A stretch of DNA of 64,000 nt from Pseudomonadales bacterium. GTDB taxonomy: Bacteria; Pseudomonadota; Gammaproteobacteria; Pseudomonadales; GM7GCV1. Each line of letters starts with the position of its first letter. Positions within the stretch are counted from its first letter, which is position 1. The position numbers and the translations under genes are program-made. The notes under the pieces are model-generated. The model was given only the letters and a program-made list of their open reading frames with translations, did not search any database and was not told the origin of the DNA. The stretch covers positions 101,252 through 165,251 of the forward strand of contig CBDBDZ010000014.1 in the NCBI GenBank assembly GCA_965204215.1, in the 5' to 3' direction. Of this stretch, positions 30,029 through 39,976 are shown piece after piece.

Positions 30029-31565
30029 TGGCAGGAACCTCTTGCTCGCGTTTGGCAATGTATTCCAGCAATGCTTGATTGATGACAGGGTCAAGCTCTG
30101 GCTGTTGATATTGACTAAGCAACTTGCGCGCATAATTTTGAGCGCGCTCGGTAATTTCTATTGAGCCTTCGGATTCCCACTGTTCAATCGAATTATTATC
30201 AAACAGCCTGGGCATAAAATATGCGCTTTGGAAATGATCCTGAGTAAATTGGTGGGCAAGGTAGTGTCCTCCAGGACCAATATCACTAACAGTGGCAACG
30301 GCTTCATCAAAGTTATCCCATTGCACGCCTTGAGCCATTCGATACGCCATAGCGCATTGTTCGGCATCAACCACAAATTTGGACATGCAACAGTGCATAC
30401 CGCCTTCATTCCAGCCAGCCGAGTGCCAAATATAGTTGGCGCCACTCATCATTACGGCCATTAGGGTAGTAGCACTTTCATAGCCAGCTTGGGCATCAAA
30501 GGTTTTAGCCCCGCCCAAGGTGTTTGAAGTGCGCCATGGTACTTTGTAGAAGCGGGCCAATTGACCAATCATAAAATTCATTAACGATATTTCTGGCGTT
30601 CCTGCCATGGGCGCTCCTGATGCCATGGATACGGTACTCAAATAATGTCCGTAAATGGCAGGTGTTCCTTTACGAATTAATTGGGTATACGCCAGTGCCG
30701 ACAAGGCCTCAGCATTAAGTTGTGCCACCGTTGCAGCTACATCGGCTGGGGTGTTAGCGCCGCCCAGGACAAAGGGAGAGCAAAGTACGGGCTGGTTATA
30801 TTTGCCAAATTCGCGCATTGCACCCAACATAGATTCATCCCATACTAATGGTGAATTGCCATTACAGTTTGCGGTAACAACAGGATGGGTATGCAAATGG
30901 TCTTCACCGAATAAAATTTTACACATATCTATAACATCGCTGGCATTTTCGCCAGTAGTAGACATGCCCATAAATGTTTTATCGGAATATGCCATTGAGG
31001 AATAAGTAATCCATAAGTGACGATGCCCTACGGGTTTATCCATAGGTTCACAAATCACATGGGCACTGGAATGCAGAGCAGGGCTCATATGCGCCAACTT
31101 GTGAAAGGTTGCTAAATCCTCAACGGAACCCCATTTGCGCTCACCCTCTAAATTGCGGATAAAAGGTGCGCCAGTCATGGGCACAAAAATGGAACTGTTT
31201 TTGCCAATGGTGACATTTTTTTTGGGGTCGCGAGCATGGTAGGTAATGGTTTCGGGGATGCTGCTGATTAATTCCATTACCAGATTCCGGTCAATACGAA
31301 CACGGTAACCGTCACTTTCAGGACCTATTGACGCACCAGCTTCACGCCATTGCTCCAAAGCAATATCATCGCGAAAATCGACTCCTACATCTTCCAGTAT
31401 TTTTAATGAGGCATTGTGAATTTTTAAAATTTGTTCCTCATTTAAGGCCTCAACGCAGGGAAGTCCCCGCTCTAAATGCGGCAACATGGGTTCAATCGCA
31501 TTGGTGCGTAAATTGCGTCGGGCATTGCGACCACCGCGACGTTCTTTTCCCACAGCATCAGTCAT
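30018..31565 (-). CDS. MttB-superfamily (trimethylamine methyltransferase-like) protein, non-pyrrolysine type
   Basis: 515-aa ORF with no in-frame stop. The N-terminal GRNARR ... LNEEQILKIHNASLKILEDVGVDF pattern is typical of MttB-family proteins. Confidence 0.75.
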   Translation of the reverse strand: MTDAVGKERRGGRNARRNLRTNAIEPMLPHLERGLPCVEALNEEQILKIHNASLKILEDVGVDFRDDIALEQWREAGASIGPESDGYRVRIDRNLVMELISSIPETITYHARDPKKNVTIGKNSSIFVPMTGAPFIRNLEGERKWGSVEDLATFHKLAHMSPALHSSAHVICEPMDKPVGHRHLWITYSSMAYSDKTFMGMSTTGENASDVIDMCKILFGEDHLHTHPVVTANCNGNSPLVWDESMLGAMREFGKYNQPVLCSPFVLGGANTPADVAATVAQLNAEALSALAYTQLIRKGTPAIYGHYLSTVSMASGAPMAGTPEISLMNFMIGQLARFYKVPWRTSNTLGGAKTFDAQAGYESATTLMAVMMSGANYIWHSAGWNEGGMHCCMSKFVVDAEQCAMAYRMAQGVQWDNFDEAVATVSDIGPGGHYLAHQFTQDHFQSAYFMPRLFDNNSIEQWESEGSIEITERAQNYARKLLSQYQQPELDPVINQALLEYIAKREQEVPANVS

Positions 31566-31589
31566 AATTTGGGTTTAATCTGGGTCAAT

Positions 31590-32930
31590 TTATAAATCAG
31601 AACCTGCTTGCCTATGAATCCATTTCAAGTAAGCATTGGCACCAACAGTCATTAATGGTTTAGGAGGTAGTCGATTGGGCTTAGGTTCAGCTCGTAGCAA
31701 GTTCACTAACGGATTGCTTTGTCCTGTTGCAAAATCGGCAATTAACATACCACCTAATGTACCTTTACTTAGCCCTAACCCGTTATGGCAGCAGGCGGCA
31801 TAAAGGTTGGGTTGTAATTGCTCAAAAATAGGAACAGAATTTAGGGAAAGGCAAAGGTGTCCCCCCCAGCGGTACTGCATGGCTACATCGTTTAACATAG
31901 GGAAACGTTGTTGAAAAGACTTATCGTGGCGCCTGCCTAAATGTTCAATTTGCTTTGCTGTGGTTTCTTTATTCGCGTTGTAGGTAAAGGTATTGCGAAT
32001 GATGATACGCGAACTGTTGTTATAGTTAATTTTTCTAACCGTTGTACCCATTGGGTGAGCGGGAATAAGGCCCCATTCATCATGTCCGCCTAAGCGTTTA
32101 ACCTGCTCGGATGTTAATTCCTCAGTCATACTTGAAAAGGTGTAAATTGGTATAGTGCGATTGTTATAAAACCCGAAAGATTCCAGATGACCGTTTACGG
32201 TTAAAATAATTTTTCCAGCAGCAATTACACCTTGTGGGGTTTGAATACGGTAGCCAGAGTTGTCGATTTCAATTTGTAGTGCGGGACAATTTTCAAAAAT
32301 ACTGATCAGGTGATGTTGTTGCAGGCCAGCTACTATATCCAGTATATAACGTGCAGGTTGTAATACTGCACAATTGGGTGTGTAAATTCCTGAACTAAAA
32401 TATTGTGAACCTGTAAGCTCACGCATTTGCGAGGCGGACAGGGCTTGAAACGACTCATCTAACTGATTTAAATGACGGCAGAAAGTGTTCAGAGCCTTTT
32501 GCCCGGTACCATCGGTTGCGCCGTGGTACTTGCCACAGAGTTTGAAGCTATCGCCTAAGTTATAGTCAGTTGCCATTTGCCGGGCAAAATCAATAGCGCT
32601 GCGGTTTAATAAAATTTGATTGAGGTCTTGTTGACGTCCAGCACCTGAATAATCATCACTTTGCAGTTCGTGAGGCAGGTCAATCATAAACCCTGAATTG
32701 CGACCACAGGCGCTCCACGCAATTTTTTGAGCATCAATTAAAGTTATTGATTGACCATTCGTATTTTCCATAAGCCGTCTACAGGCACTAACGCCGGCAA
32801 AGCCAGCACCAATAACTAACCAATCTGTATCATGGCGGTTTTGAAAACCACCAAAATGTGGTTTTTCACCTGCAATTTCATACCATCCACAATGTGAAAA
32901 GTCATTGGGAAATTGCGTGACGTTAAGCAT
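31590..32930 (-). CDS. FAD-dependent oxidoreductase (DAO family, PuuB/OrdL-like)
   Basis: Dinucleotide motif LVIGAGFAGVSACRRL. Its length and C-terminal region resemble gamma-glutamylputrescine-oxidase-type enzymes. I prefer ATG 32930 over the TTG at 32981. Confidence 0.8.
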   Translation of the reverse strand: MLNVTQFPNDFSHCGWYEIAGEKPHFGGFQNRHDTDWLVIGAGFAGVSACRRLMENTNGQSITLIDAQKIAWSACGRNSGFMIDLPHELQSDDYSGAGRQQDLNQILLNRSAIDFARQMATDYNLGDSFKLCGKYHGATDGTGQKALNTFCRHLNQLDESFQALSASQMRELTGSQYFSSGIYTPNCAVLQPARYILDIVAGLQQHHLISIFENCPALQIEIDNSGYRIQTPQGVIAAGKIILTVNGHLESFGFYNNRTIPIYTFSSMTEELTSEQVKRLGGHDEWGLIPAHPMGTTVRKINYNNSSRIIIRNTFTYNANKETTAKQIEHLGRRHDKSFQQRFPMLNDVAMQYRWGGHLCLSLNSVPIFEQLQPNLYAACCHNGLGLSKGTLGGMLIADFATGQSNPLVNLLRAEPKPNRLPPKPLMTVGANAYLKWIHRQAGSDL

Positions 32931-32943
32931 TGGTTGCCGGGAA

Positions 32944-34461
32944 TTAAGGTAGTGATTCGACTTGTTGGTCGGAGATATCAACCCAAATGGTTTTTAATTG
33001 GGTGTATTGGTCATGGGCATGAACAGAATTATCGCGCCCACCAAAACCTGATTGTTTATATCCGCCAAACGGTGTGCTGATATCACCTTCGCCAAAGCAG
33101 TTGACCGTAACTGTGCCAGCGCGAATAGCGCGAGCCATGCGGTGCGCTGATTTAATATTGCTAGAAAACACCGAAGCGGTTAACCCGTATTCGGTGTCAT
33201 TGGCAGCCTTAATGGCGCTGTCGCTGCTGTTAACTTCAATAACCGCCAACACCGGGCCAAAAATCTCTTCACGCGCAATTCGCATATCGGAGTTAACGCC
33301 GTCAAATATGGTGGGTTCAATAAAATACCCTGCTCCCTTGACTTCAAAGGCATTGCCTCCAGCGACCAAGTTAGCGCCCTCTTGTTTGGCTTGCTCAATG
33401 TAACCCATAATTTTATGGAAGTGTTTCTCGCTGATAATAGCTCCTAAATTATTACTTGGGTCAAGTGGATCGCCAGTGCGCCACTGCTGGGTGCGATATT
33501 GTATTTTTTCCAGCAATGCCTGCTTAATGTCGCTGTGGACAATAAGTCGAGAATTGGAAGAACAGTTTTCCCCCATATTCCAAAATACGCCATTGGTGAC
33601 ATGCTGCGCAACCACATCCAAATCATCGGCATCATCCATTACCACACAGGGGTTCTTTCCACCACATTCAAGCACAACCTCCTTCAAATTGCTCTCACCA
33701 GAATACTTTAAAAACGCTTTGCCTACAGCAGTTGAACCAGTGAAGGTAATCATATCAATATCGGGGTGTATTCCCAACGCTCTACCTACCATTGAACCAC
33801 TGCCTGTTACAACATTAAGTACCCCGTCGGGAATGCCCGCCTCGGTAGCCAGTTCGGCTAACCTTAAAGTTGCCATACTGGTTTCCTGAGCAGGCTTGAT
33901 AATTAAACTGTTGCCAGAGGCAAGAGCTGGTCCTAGTTTCCAGGCTACCATTAACAGAGGGAAATTCCAGGGGACAACCGCAGCTACAACGCCAATGGCT
34001 TCACGCACTACCATGGCTAATACATCGTCGCCAGTGGGAGCAACCTGATCGTAAATTTTGTCAATTAATTCTGCATGCCATTGAATACAATGTATGGCTT
34101 CTGGTATATCCACTGTTTCCACTTCGGCAATAGGTTTACCGCTTTCTAAACTCTCTAAAACCGCTAATTCGTGTTGATTGCGTTTAATTAACTTGCATAG
34201 CTTAATTAATATTTGTTTGCGCTCTGAAGGGTGGCATTTAGACCAAATACCCGATTCAAATGCTTCTTTGGCTTTTTCTACTGCCAGATTTACTTCATCC
34301 TGCCCGCAAACACTTATTGCTGTAAGAGTCTCGCCGGTGGCAGGGTTTATGGTATCAAAGGTTGTATCGGTGGCAATAGCCTTGCCATTAATGTAGGCAG
34401 CAGTAGGGAAAATTTGTGAGGCAGCAAGCGATTTGTATTCGTTTTCAGTAAGTACAGTCAT
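32944..34461 (-). CDS. NAD(P)-dependent aldehyde dehydrogenase (PuuC-like)
   Basis: 505 aa with VLECGGKNP, GENCSSNSR (catalytic Cys) and FGGYKQSGFGR. Confidence 0.88.
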   Translation of the reverse strand: MTVLTENEYKSLAASQIFPTAAYINGKAIATDTTFDTINPATGETLTAISVCGQDEVNLAVEKAKEAFESGIWSKCHPSERKQILIKLCKLIKRNQHELAVLESLESGKPIAEVETVDIPEAIHCIQWHAELIDKIYDQVAPTGDDVLAMVVREAIGVVAAVVPWNFPLLMVAWKLGPALASGNSLIIKPAQETSMATLRLAELATEAGIPDGVLNVVTGSGSMVGRALGIHPDIDMITFTGSTAVGKAFLKYSGESNLKEVVLECGGKNPCVVMDDADDLDVVAQHVTNGVFWNMGENCSSNSRLIVHSDIKQALLEKIQYRTQQWRTGDPLDPSNNLGAIISEKHFHKIMGYIEQAKQEGANLVAGGNAFEVKGAGYFIEPTIFDGVNSDMRIAREEIFGPVLAVIEVNSSDSAIKAANDTEYGLTASVFSSNIKSAHRMARAIRAGTVTVNCFGEGDISTPFGGYKQSGFGGRDNSVHAHDQYTQLKTIWVDISDQQVESLP

Positions 34462-34464
34462 AGT

Positions 34465-35382
34465 TTATACCAGGTCAGAAAGAGTTGTTTTAAGCGTTTT
34501 TAACACGCGTTCTACATCGCGTTTTTGTTCTTTGACCAATTCCAGCAATGGTGCGCGAACTGGACCAGTGGGTAACCCTTCCAGCTGGCAGGCATATTTA
34601 ATAGTTTGAATAAACTTGCCTCCTTGTTCAAGAATACCCATAAAAGGCATAAGCGCCGACATAATTTTTCGGCCTTTATCAAAGTCTTTCTCAATAACAC
34701 AGGCCTTGTAAAGAGCAATATGTTCTTTAGGCAGGCAGTTACCACCACCACAAACCCAACCCTTCGCACCCCATGCAAAGAATTCTAACGCCTGGTCATC
34801 CATGCCACACATTAAGTTAATTTGCGGATATTCTCTGGCAAGTAAATGCAGTTGATTAATATCGCCAGTAGACTCTTTAATGGATTGAAAATTGCGGCTT
34901 TTACCCACAATATCAAAAAATTCTTCACCCATGGTTGTACCAGTGCGGCCAGGGTAATTGTAGAGCATGACTGGTAAGTTGACGGCGCGGTCAATGGTTA
35001 AAGCGTGGTGTGCTAATTCGCGCTGCGTGGGCACGGCGTAATAAGGAGAACCCATAAGTATTGCGTCAGCATTGTGCTTTTTGGCCATAAGCCCATAGGC
35101 GATGGAATCATCTGGTCGAATAGCTCCAACCCCTACTACCAACTGGACGTTGTGGGAGTTGTCAGCGTTAAAACGGCAGATAGTTTCGGACGCTAATTTT
35201 ACCAGGAGTGAACGTTCATCACTATTTTGGACATAGTATTCACCTGTAGTACCGCCGACAACAATGCCGTGAACGCCAGATTTACATAAGTGATTGACAA
35301 CATTAATAAAGCCTGCTTCGTCAATGGCACCGTCACTGTGATAGGGGGTAATGACAGGTGGATAGATACCTTGAAATTTCAT
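34465..35382 (-). CDS. dihydrodipicolinate synthase/N-acetylneuraminate lyase family protein
   Basis: 305 aa with GGTTGEYY, YNYPGRTG, and the Schiff-base lysine context SIKESTGD. Confidence 0.85.
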   Translation of the reverse strand: MKFQGIYPPVITPYHSDGAIDEAGFINVVNHLCKSGVHGIVVGGTTGEYYVQNSDERSLLVKLASETICRFNADNSHNVQLVVGVGAIRPDDSIAYGLMAKKHNADAILMGSPYYAVPTQRELAHHALTIDRAVNLPVMLYNYPGRTGTTMGEEFFDIVGKSRNFQSIKESTGDINQLHLLAREYPQINLMCGMDDQALEFFAWGAKGWVCGGGNCLPKEHIALYKACVIEKDFDKGRKIMSALMPFMGILEQGGKFIQTIKYACQLEGLPTGPVRAPLLELVKEQKRDVERVLKTLKTTLSDLV

Positions 35383-35464
35383 CGTTAATTCTTATAAAAT
35401 ATGCCAGTTTGATTTATGTATTAGTCGAACCTGAAATGAAATAGCATAATTAGATGGAGGTTCA

Positions 35465-36910
35465 TTAGTCGGTCCAACCGGTTATCGTTTTAACTTCCAG
35501 AAAATCTTCCAGCCCCCAAACGCCACCTTCACGACCATTGCCTGATTGTTTAAACCCACCAAAGGGAGCACCTTCGCCTGCGTAGTTGCCGTTTAATTCG
35601 ACAACCCCGGAGCGCAGGCGTTTTGCCATGCGTTTGGCGCGTGCCATATCGGATGTCTCAATATAATTGGTTAAACCGTAAGGGGTGTCGTTGGCAATAG
35701 CGATGGCTTCTTCTTCGGTATCAAAGGGCATAATGGCTATAACCGGACCAAAAATTTCTTCACGGGCGATAGCCATATCATCAGAAACATCGGCAAATAC
35801 GGTGGGTTTAATGAAATAACCGCCTTGTAAAGCTTCGGGTAACTCAGGTGAACCTTCACCGCCAATAACCAATTTTGCACCTTCAATAATGCCAGAGCGG
35901 ATTAAGCCTTGTATTTTGTCAAAATGTACCTTTGAGACGACAGGACCGAGATGGTCACCTGATGCCAACGCATCGCCTAACTGGATTGATTCGGTAACGG
36001 TTTTGGCGGTTTCTACTGCCTTTTCGTAAATTGAGCGTTGCACTAACATTCTTGAAGGAGCATCGCAAGACTGACCAGAGTTATGCATTAGACGCATAAC
36101 GCCTCGCTCTACTGCATCGATATCGGCATCGGCAAAGATAATATTTGCCCCCTTGCCCCCCAATTCCAGGCTGACACGCTTGATACTGTCGGCAGCATTT
36201 TTGGTAATAGCTTTACCTGCTCTAGTTGAGCCTGTAAATGAAATCATATCAATATTAACATGTTGCGATAGTTGAGTACCAACGCCAATACCGTCTCCAT
36301 TTACGAGGTTAAAGACTCCTGCCGGGAAATTTGCTTTGTCAATCATTTCGGCAAAAAACACTGATGAAAGCGGCGCAATTTCAGACGGTTTAAGTACCAT
36401 AGTGCAACCTGCGGCAAGTGCAGGGGCGACTTTTAGCACCATTTGGTTCATTGGCCAATTCCATGGAGTGATTAAGCCGCAAACCCCGATGGGTTCAAGG
36501 CTGATATGGGTGTCTTTACAGTTTTCATTTAAGGGTCGCTCAAAGGTAAAATTGCGCGCAGTGTCGATAATATTGCTTAAATGCATAGAACCAGAGCTCA
36601 CTTGGTCGCTAAGAGACATATCAATGGGCGCGCCCATTTCTAATGACATTAACTTGCCCATGGCGTCGGCGTTTTTATTGTAAATATCCAACAGTTTTTG
36701 CATCAGAGACAAGCGGTCATCCAGATGGGTTTGACTCCATTTAACAAAAGCTTTTTTTGCAGCGGCTACTGCGGCGTTAGTATCGACTTCGCTACCTAAT
36801 GAAATTACTCCACAAGGCTTGCCAGTGGAGGGGTTGATAACATTGTGGTCGCAGGGGATAACAGGGGCAACCCATTCGCCGTCGATGTAAAATTTACGAT
36901 TATCAATCAT
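35465..36910 (-). CDS. aldehyde dehydrogenase family protein
   Basis: 481 aa with SLELGGKGANIIF, SGQSCDAPSR and PFGGFKQSGNGRE. Confidence 0.88.
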   Translation of the reverse strand: MIDNRKFYIDGEWVAPVIPCDHNVINPSTGKPCGVISLGSEVDTNAAVAAAKKAFVKWSQTHLDDRLSLMQKLLDIYNKNADAMGKLMSLEMGAPIDMSLSDQVSSGSMHLSNIIDTARNFTFERPLNENCKDTHISLEPIGVCGLITPWNWPMNQMVLKVAPALAAGCTMVLKPSEIAPLSSVFFAEMIDKANFPAGVFNLVNGDGIGVGTQLSQHVNIDMISFTGSTRAGKAITKNAADSIKRVSLELGGKGANIIFADADIDAVERGVMRLMHNSGQSCDAPSRMLVQRSIYEKAVETAKTVTESIQLGDALASGDHLGPVVSKVHFDKIQGLIRSGIIEGAKLVIGGEGSPELPEALQGGYFIKPTVFADVSDDMAIAREEIFGPVIAIMPFDTEEEAIAIANDTPYGLTNYIETSDMARAKRMAKRLRSGVVELNGNYAGEGAPFGGFKQSGNGREGGVWGLEDFLEVKTITGWTD

Positions 36911-37012
36911 TTCGCTCTTTGAAGAATTAGTCTATATTATGTGCGCCATTCTAATTAAAATTTAGCTTTTGTCTAAGCACTTAAACTATAATTTCTCAAA
37001 TTTTGAAAAAAT

Positions 37013-38329
37013 ATGACAACAAAAAACTGGTTCGCTCCTTCAACCGTTACAGCTGTAGTTATTGCCAATATGATTGGTACTGGCGTCTTTACCAGTTTAG
37101 GGTTTCAATTGGTGGGCATTCAATCAACTCCTGTGTTGTTGATATTGTGGATTTTAGGGGGTATTATTGCGTTTTGTGGCGCGCTTTGTTATGCGGAACT
37201 TGGTGCTGCACTGCCACGTTCTGGTGGTGAATATAACTTTTTATCGCAACTTATCCACCCCTGCGCTGGTTTTGTGTCTGGCTGGGTATCTACCACTATT
37301 GGTTTTGCGGCACCAACTGCTTTGGCTGCTATAACCTTTGGCAAATATTTAAGCGCGGTCTTTCCACAGTTGCCCTATATACCGTTGGCTTGTATGTTAG
37401 TGATTACTCTCACATTTGTACATTCATTGAATCGACGTAGCAGCGGTGCTATGCAAAATCTGTTTACTTTGCTAAAAATAGGATTTATTGTGGTTTTTTG
37501 TGCGATTTCTTTGTGGTTAATTCGCAAGTCAGGTAATTTACAACCGGTTGAAATTATTCCCGGTATTGATGATTTTTCCATTATGACCAGTAGCTCTTTT
37601 GCGGTATCGCTAATTTATGTCAGTTATGCTTATACAGGATGGAATGCAGCTACTTATATCAGCAGCGAACTAAAACACCCGCAACAACAGTTGCCGCGAG
37701 TGCTATTGATAGGTACAGCGGTAGTAACGCTGTTATATGTGTTATTAAATTATGTGTTCCTTCGCGTTGCGCCGATGGAGGCTATGGTTGGGAAGGTTGA
37801 GATTGGCTATGTTGCAGCAAGCTATGTATTTGGTGATTTCGGGACCGGGCTAATGGGAATTGCCATGGCATTTATGTTAATTTCCACCGTAAGTGCCATG
37901 ATTATTGCAGGGCCCAGAGTGCTGCAAATGATAGGCGAAGATTTTAATTTTTTTAAATGGTTAGCCGTTGTCAACCGCTCGAGCATTCCTTCTCGCGCCA
38001 TTATTTGCCAGTCGATTGTTACCTTGTTGTTTATCATTACAGGAACGTTTGATTCCATTTTAGTCTTTGCAGGTTTTACTTTAGGGCTCAATACTTTTGC
38101 AACAGTCATTAGCTTATTTATCTTGCGTTTAAAACAAAATAATCGTACTCAGTGTTTTCGCGTGTGGGGGTTTCCTCTGCCTCCAATTGTATATTTATTG
38201 TTAACGGGCTGGACTCTGAGCTACATTCTGATTCAACGCCCACAAGAGGCTTTGTTTGGTCTCGGTGTTATTGTAGCAGGGATTATTACCTATTTTTTAT
38301 TAAACACATCAAGAGTATTTAACCCATGA
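37013..38329 (+). CDS. APC-family amino acid/amine permease
   Basis: 438 aa with about 12 hydrophobic segments and the N-terminal GTGVFTSLG motif. It is divergent from the catabolic operon. Confidence 0.85.
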   Translation: MTTKNWFAPSTVTAVVIANMIGTGVFTSLGFQLVGIQSTPVLLILWILGGIIAFCGALCYAELGAALPRSGGEYNFLSQLIHPCAGFVSGWVSTTIGFAAPTALAAITFGKYLSAVFPQLPYIPLACMLVITLTFVHSLNRRSSGAMQNLFTLLKIGFIVVFCAISLWLIRKSGNLQPVEIIPGIDDFSIMTSSSFAVSLIYVSYAYTGWNAATYISSELKHPQQQLPRVLLIGTAVVTLLYVLLNYVFLRVAPMEAMVGKVEIGYVAASYVFGDFGTGLMGIAMAFMLISTVSAMIIAGPRVLQMIGEDFNFFKWLAVVNRSSIPSRAIICQSIVTLLFIITGTFDSILVFAGFTLGLNTFATVISLFILRLKQNNRTQCFRVWGFPLPPIVYLLLTGWTLSYILIQRPQEALFGLGVIVAGIITYFLLNTSRVFNP

Positions 38330-38745
38330 AATATTTACACACTATGGTGCGAGTCACCAATATTGAAGAGTCGTTAAACTTTTATTGTAATCAATTAGGT
38401 CTGGTAGAGCTAAAACGCTATGACAATCAACAAGGTCAGTTTACATTGGTTTTTCTTGCCGCACCAGGCGATGAAACTGCGCAGGTAGAGCTGACATACA
38501 ATTGGCAACCAGAAGCTTATTCTGAAGGCAGAAATTTTGGGCATTTAGCCTATGAAGTAGATGATATTTATGAAACCTGTCAAAAGCTTATGGATAAAGG
38601 GGTGACAATTAATCGACCACCGCGTGATGGCCGAATGGCATTTATTCGCTCGCCTGATAATATCTCTATTGAATTATTGCAAAAAGGCAGTGCACTGCCT
38701 ATCGTTGAGCCTTGGGTATCCATGTCTAATATTGGTTTCTGGTAG
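38326..38745 (+). CDS. gloA: lactoylglutathione lyase (glyoxalase I)
   Basis: 139 aa, VOC fold: HTMVRV ... ELTYNW ... GHLAYEV ... IELLQ. Its start overlaps the permease stop (ATGA). Confidence 0.85.
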   Translation: MKYLHTMVRVTNIEESLNFYCNQLGLVELKRYDNQQGQFTLVFLAAPGDETAQVELTYNWQPEAYSEGRNFGHLAYEVDDIYETCQKLMDKGVTINRPPRDGRMAFIRSPDNISIELLQKGSALPIVEPWVSMSNIGFW

Positions 38746-38754
38746 CAGCTTGGT

Positions 38755-38823
38755 GATTTTAAAAACATCAGCTTGCTCGAAAAATAATGCTCACCATAGC
38801 CCTGCTATGTTTGTGCTTATTTT
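38755..38823 (+). repeat. 69-nt dispersed repeat, copy B (partner at 6650-6718)
   Basis: See copy A. This copy lies about 70 bp from the left end of IS30 copy 1. Confidence 0.7.
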
Positions 38824-38894
38824 TGATGATGGAACGCCCGAATCGAGGAAAAGAATGCGCCAAAAAACTTTGGAAAAAATGAAGTTTAACCAGA

Positions 38895-39976
38895 CGCACA
38901 TTCAACTCATAAGTGCACATTGGTTAGAAAAAATAAGTTTATCTTGAGTTAGCTCAAGAAATACCTGCCAAGGGGTTTTGTACCCCAAGCATTTACGTGG
39001 TCGATTATTAATTTTATCAACCGCATTAAATACCTCGGTAGTGGTTACTTTATCTAATGCCATGCCCTTAGGAAAATAACGTCTAAGCAACCCATTGCTT
39101 TGTTCGTTTAAGCCCCTCTCCCAACTATGATAAGGCCTAGCAAAATAGCCTTTACAATCGAGCTTTTCGGCAATGATATTATGGGCTGAGAACTCACGAC
39201 CATTATCATAGGTTATCGTGTGGACATAATCCCTAAAAGTAGCTAAAAGAGTGATAACTGCGGCGCTTGTTAGCTCTGCTGTCTTACGGGCAATTGGCAT
39301 AGCTAGATAAAGTCGACTACGCCGCTCTGCTAGTGTAACGATAGCTCCTTTATGGCCTTTACCAATAACCGTGTCCGCTTCCCAATCGCCTAATCGGCTT
39401 TTTTTATCAACAATAGAGGGGCGTTCTTCAATATCAATCCGATTGGGGATACGGCCTCTATAATCGTTCTTACCATAGCGTTTGCGGTTCTTTTTAGAGG
39501 CATGACTCAAATGCCGATAAAGATTGCCTCCCTTGGCTTTATCGGCATAAATAAAGCGATAGACACTTTCATGATGAATACTAATGCCTTGCTCCATCTT
39601 GAGAATGGCGCAAATAATCTCAGGACTCCAGTCTATCTTCAACTTCTTAATAATAAAATCTTGAATCGATTTTGTTAGCTTTATTGACTTTGTCTTCATT
39701 TGATGTCGTTGCTGAGCTTTCTCATGAGCCTGCTTAAAACGGTAACCATTCAAGCCAGTATTGCGCTTCAATTCACGACCTATCGTTGTATGGTGACGAC
39801 CCATACTTTTTGCTATCGATGAATTGCTAAATCCGCTTCGTTTCATGGTGTAAATGTGGTATCTTTCGTTGTCGGTTAATTGTATATATCGTGTGGTCAT
39901 TGCATCACCTTTAAGTTTTTCGACGAACTGCATTATACAGTTAATCGACTTTTTTAAGATGTGCACTTATTATGCG
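38895..39976 (-). mobile_element. IS30-family insertion sequence, copy 1 (1082 bp)
   Basis: I set the boundaries where identity with the second copy (62657-63741) starts and stops. The ends are CGCA...ATAAGTGCACAT on the left and ATGTGCACTTATTATGCG on the right, an imperfect inverted repeat. Confidence 0.85.
38902..39900 (-). CDS. IS30-family transposase
   Basis: 332 aa from MTTRYIQLTDNERYHIY. It has an HTH (SIAKSMGRHHTTIGRELKRN) and a DDE region (WEADTV, TYDNGREF, WERGLNEQSNG). An AAGGTGA Shine-Dalgarno lies upstream. Confidence 0.92.
   Translation of the reverse strand: MTTRYIQLTDNERYHIYTMKRSGFSNSSIAKSMGRHHTTIGRELKRNTGLNGYRFKQAHEKAQQRHQMKTKSIKLTKSIQDFIIKKLKIDWSPEIICAILKMEQGISIHHESVYRFIYADKAKGGNLYRHLSHASKKNRKRYGKNDYRGRIPNRIDIEERPSIVDKKSRLGDWEADTVIGKGHKGAIVTLAERRSRLYLAMPIARKTAELTSAAVITLLATFRDYVHTITYDNGREFSAHNIIAEKLDCKGYFARPYHSWERGLNEQSNGLLRRYFPKGMALDKVTTTEVFNAVDKINNRPRKCLGYKTPWQVFLELTQDKLIFSNQCALMS

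Noticed and set aside
30018-31565. A pyrrolysine (in-frame TAG) MttB gene
   Set aside because: The 515-codon ORF is uninterrupted, and no pyl genes are in the window. It belongs to the non-Pyl branch of the family.
39901-39966. 22-codon N-terminal extension of the IS30 transposase in copy 1
   Set aside because: Copy 2 has small indels here that break this frame, yet its transposase ORF starts at the same MTTRY with an AAGGTGA Shine-Dalgarno. The extension is therefore not part of the protein.
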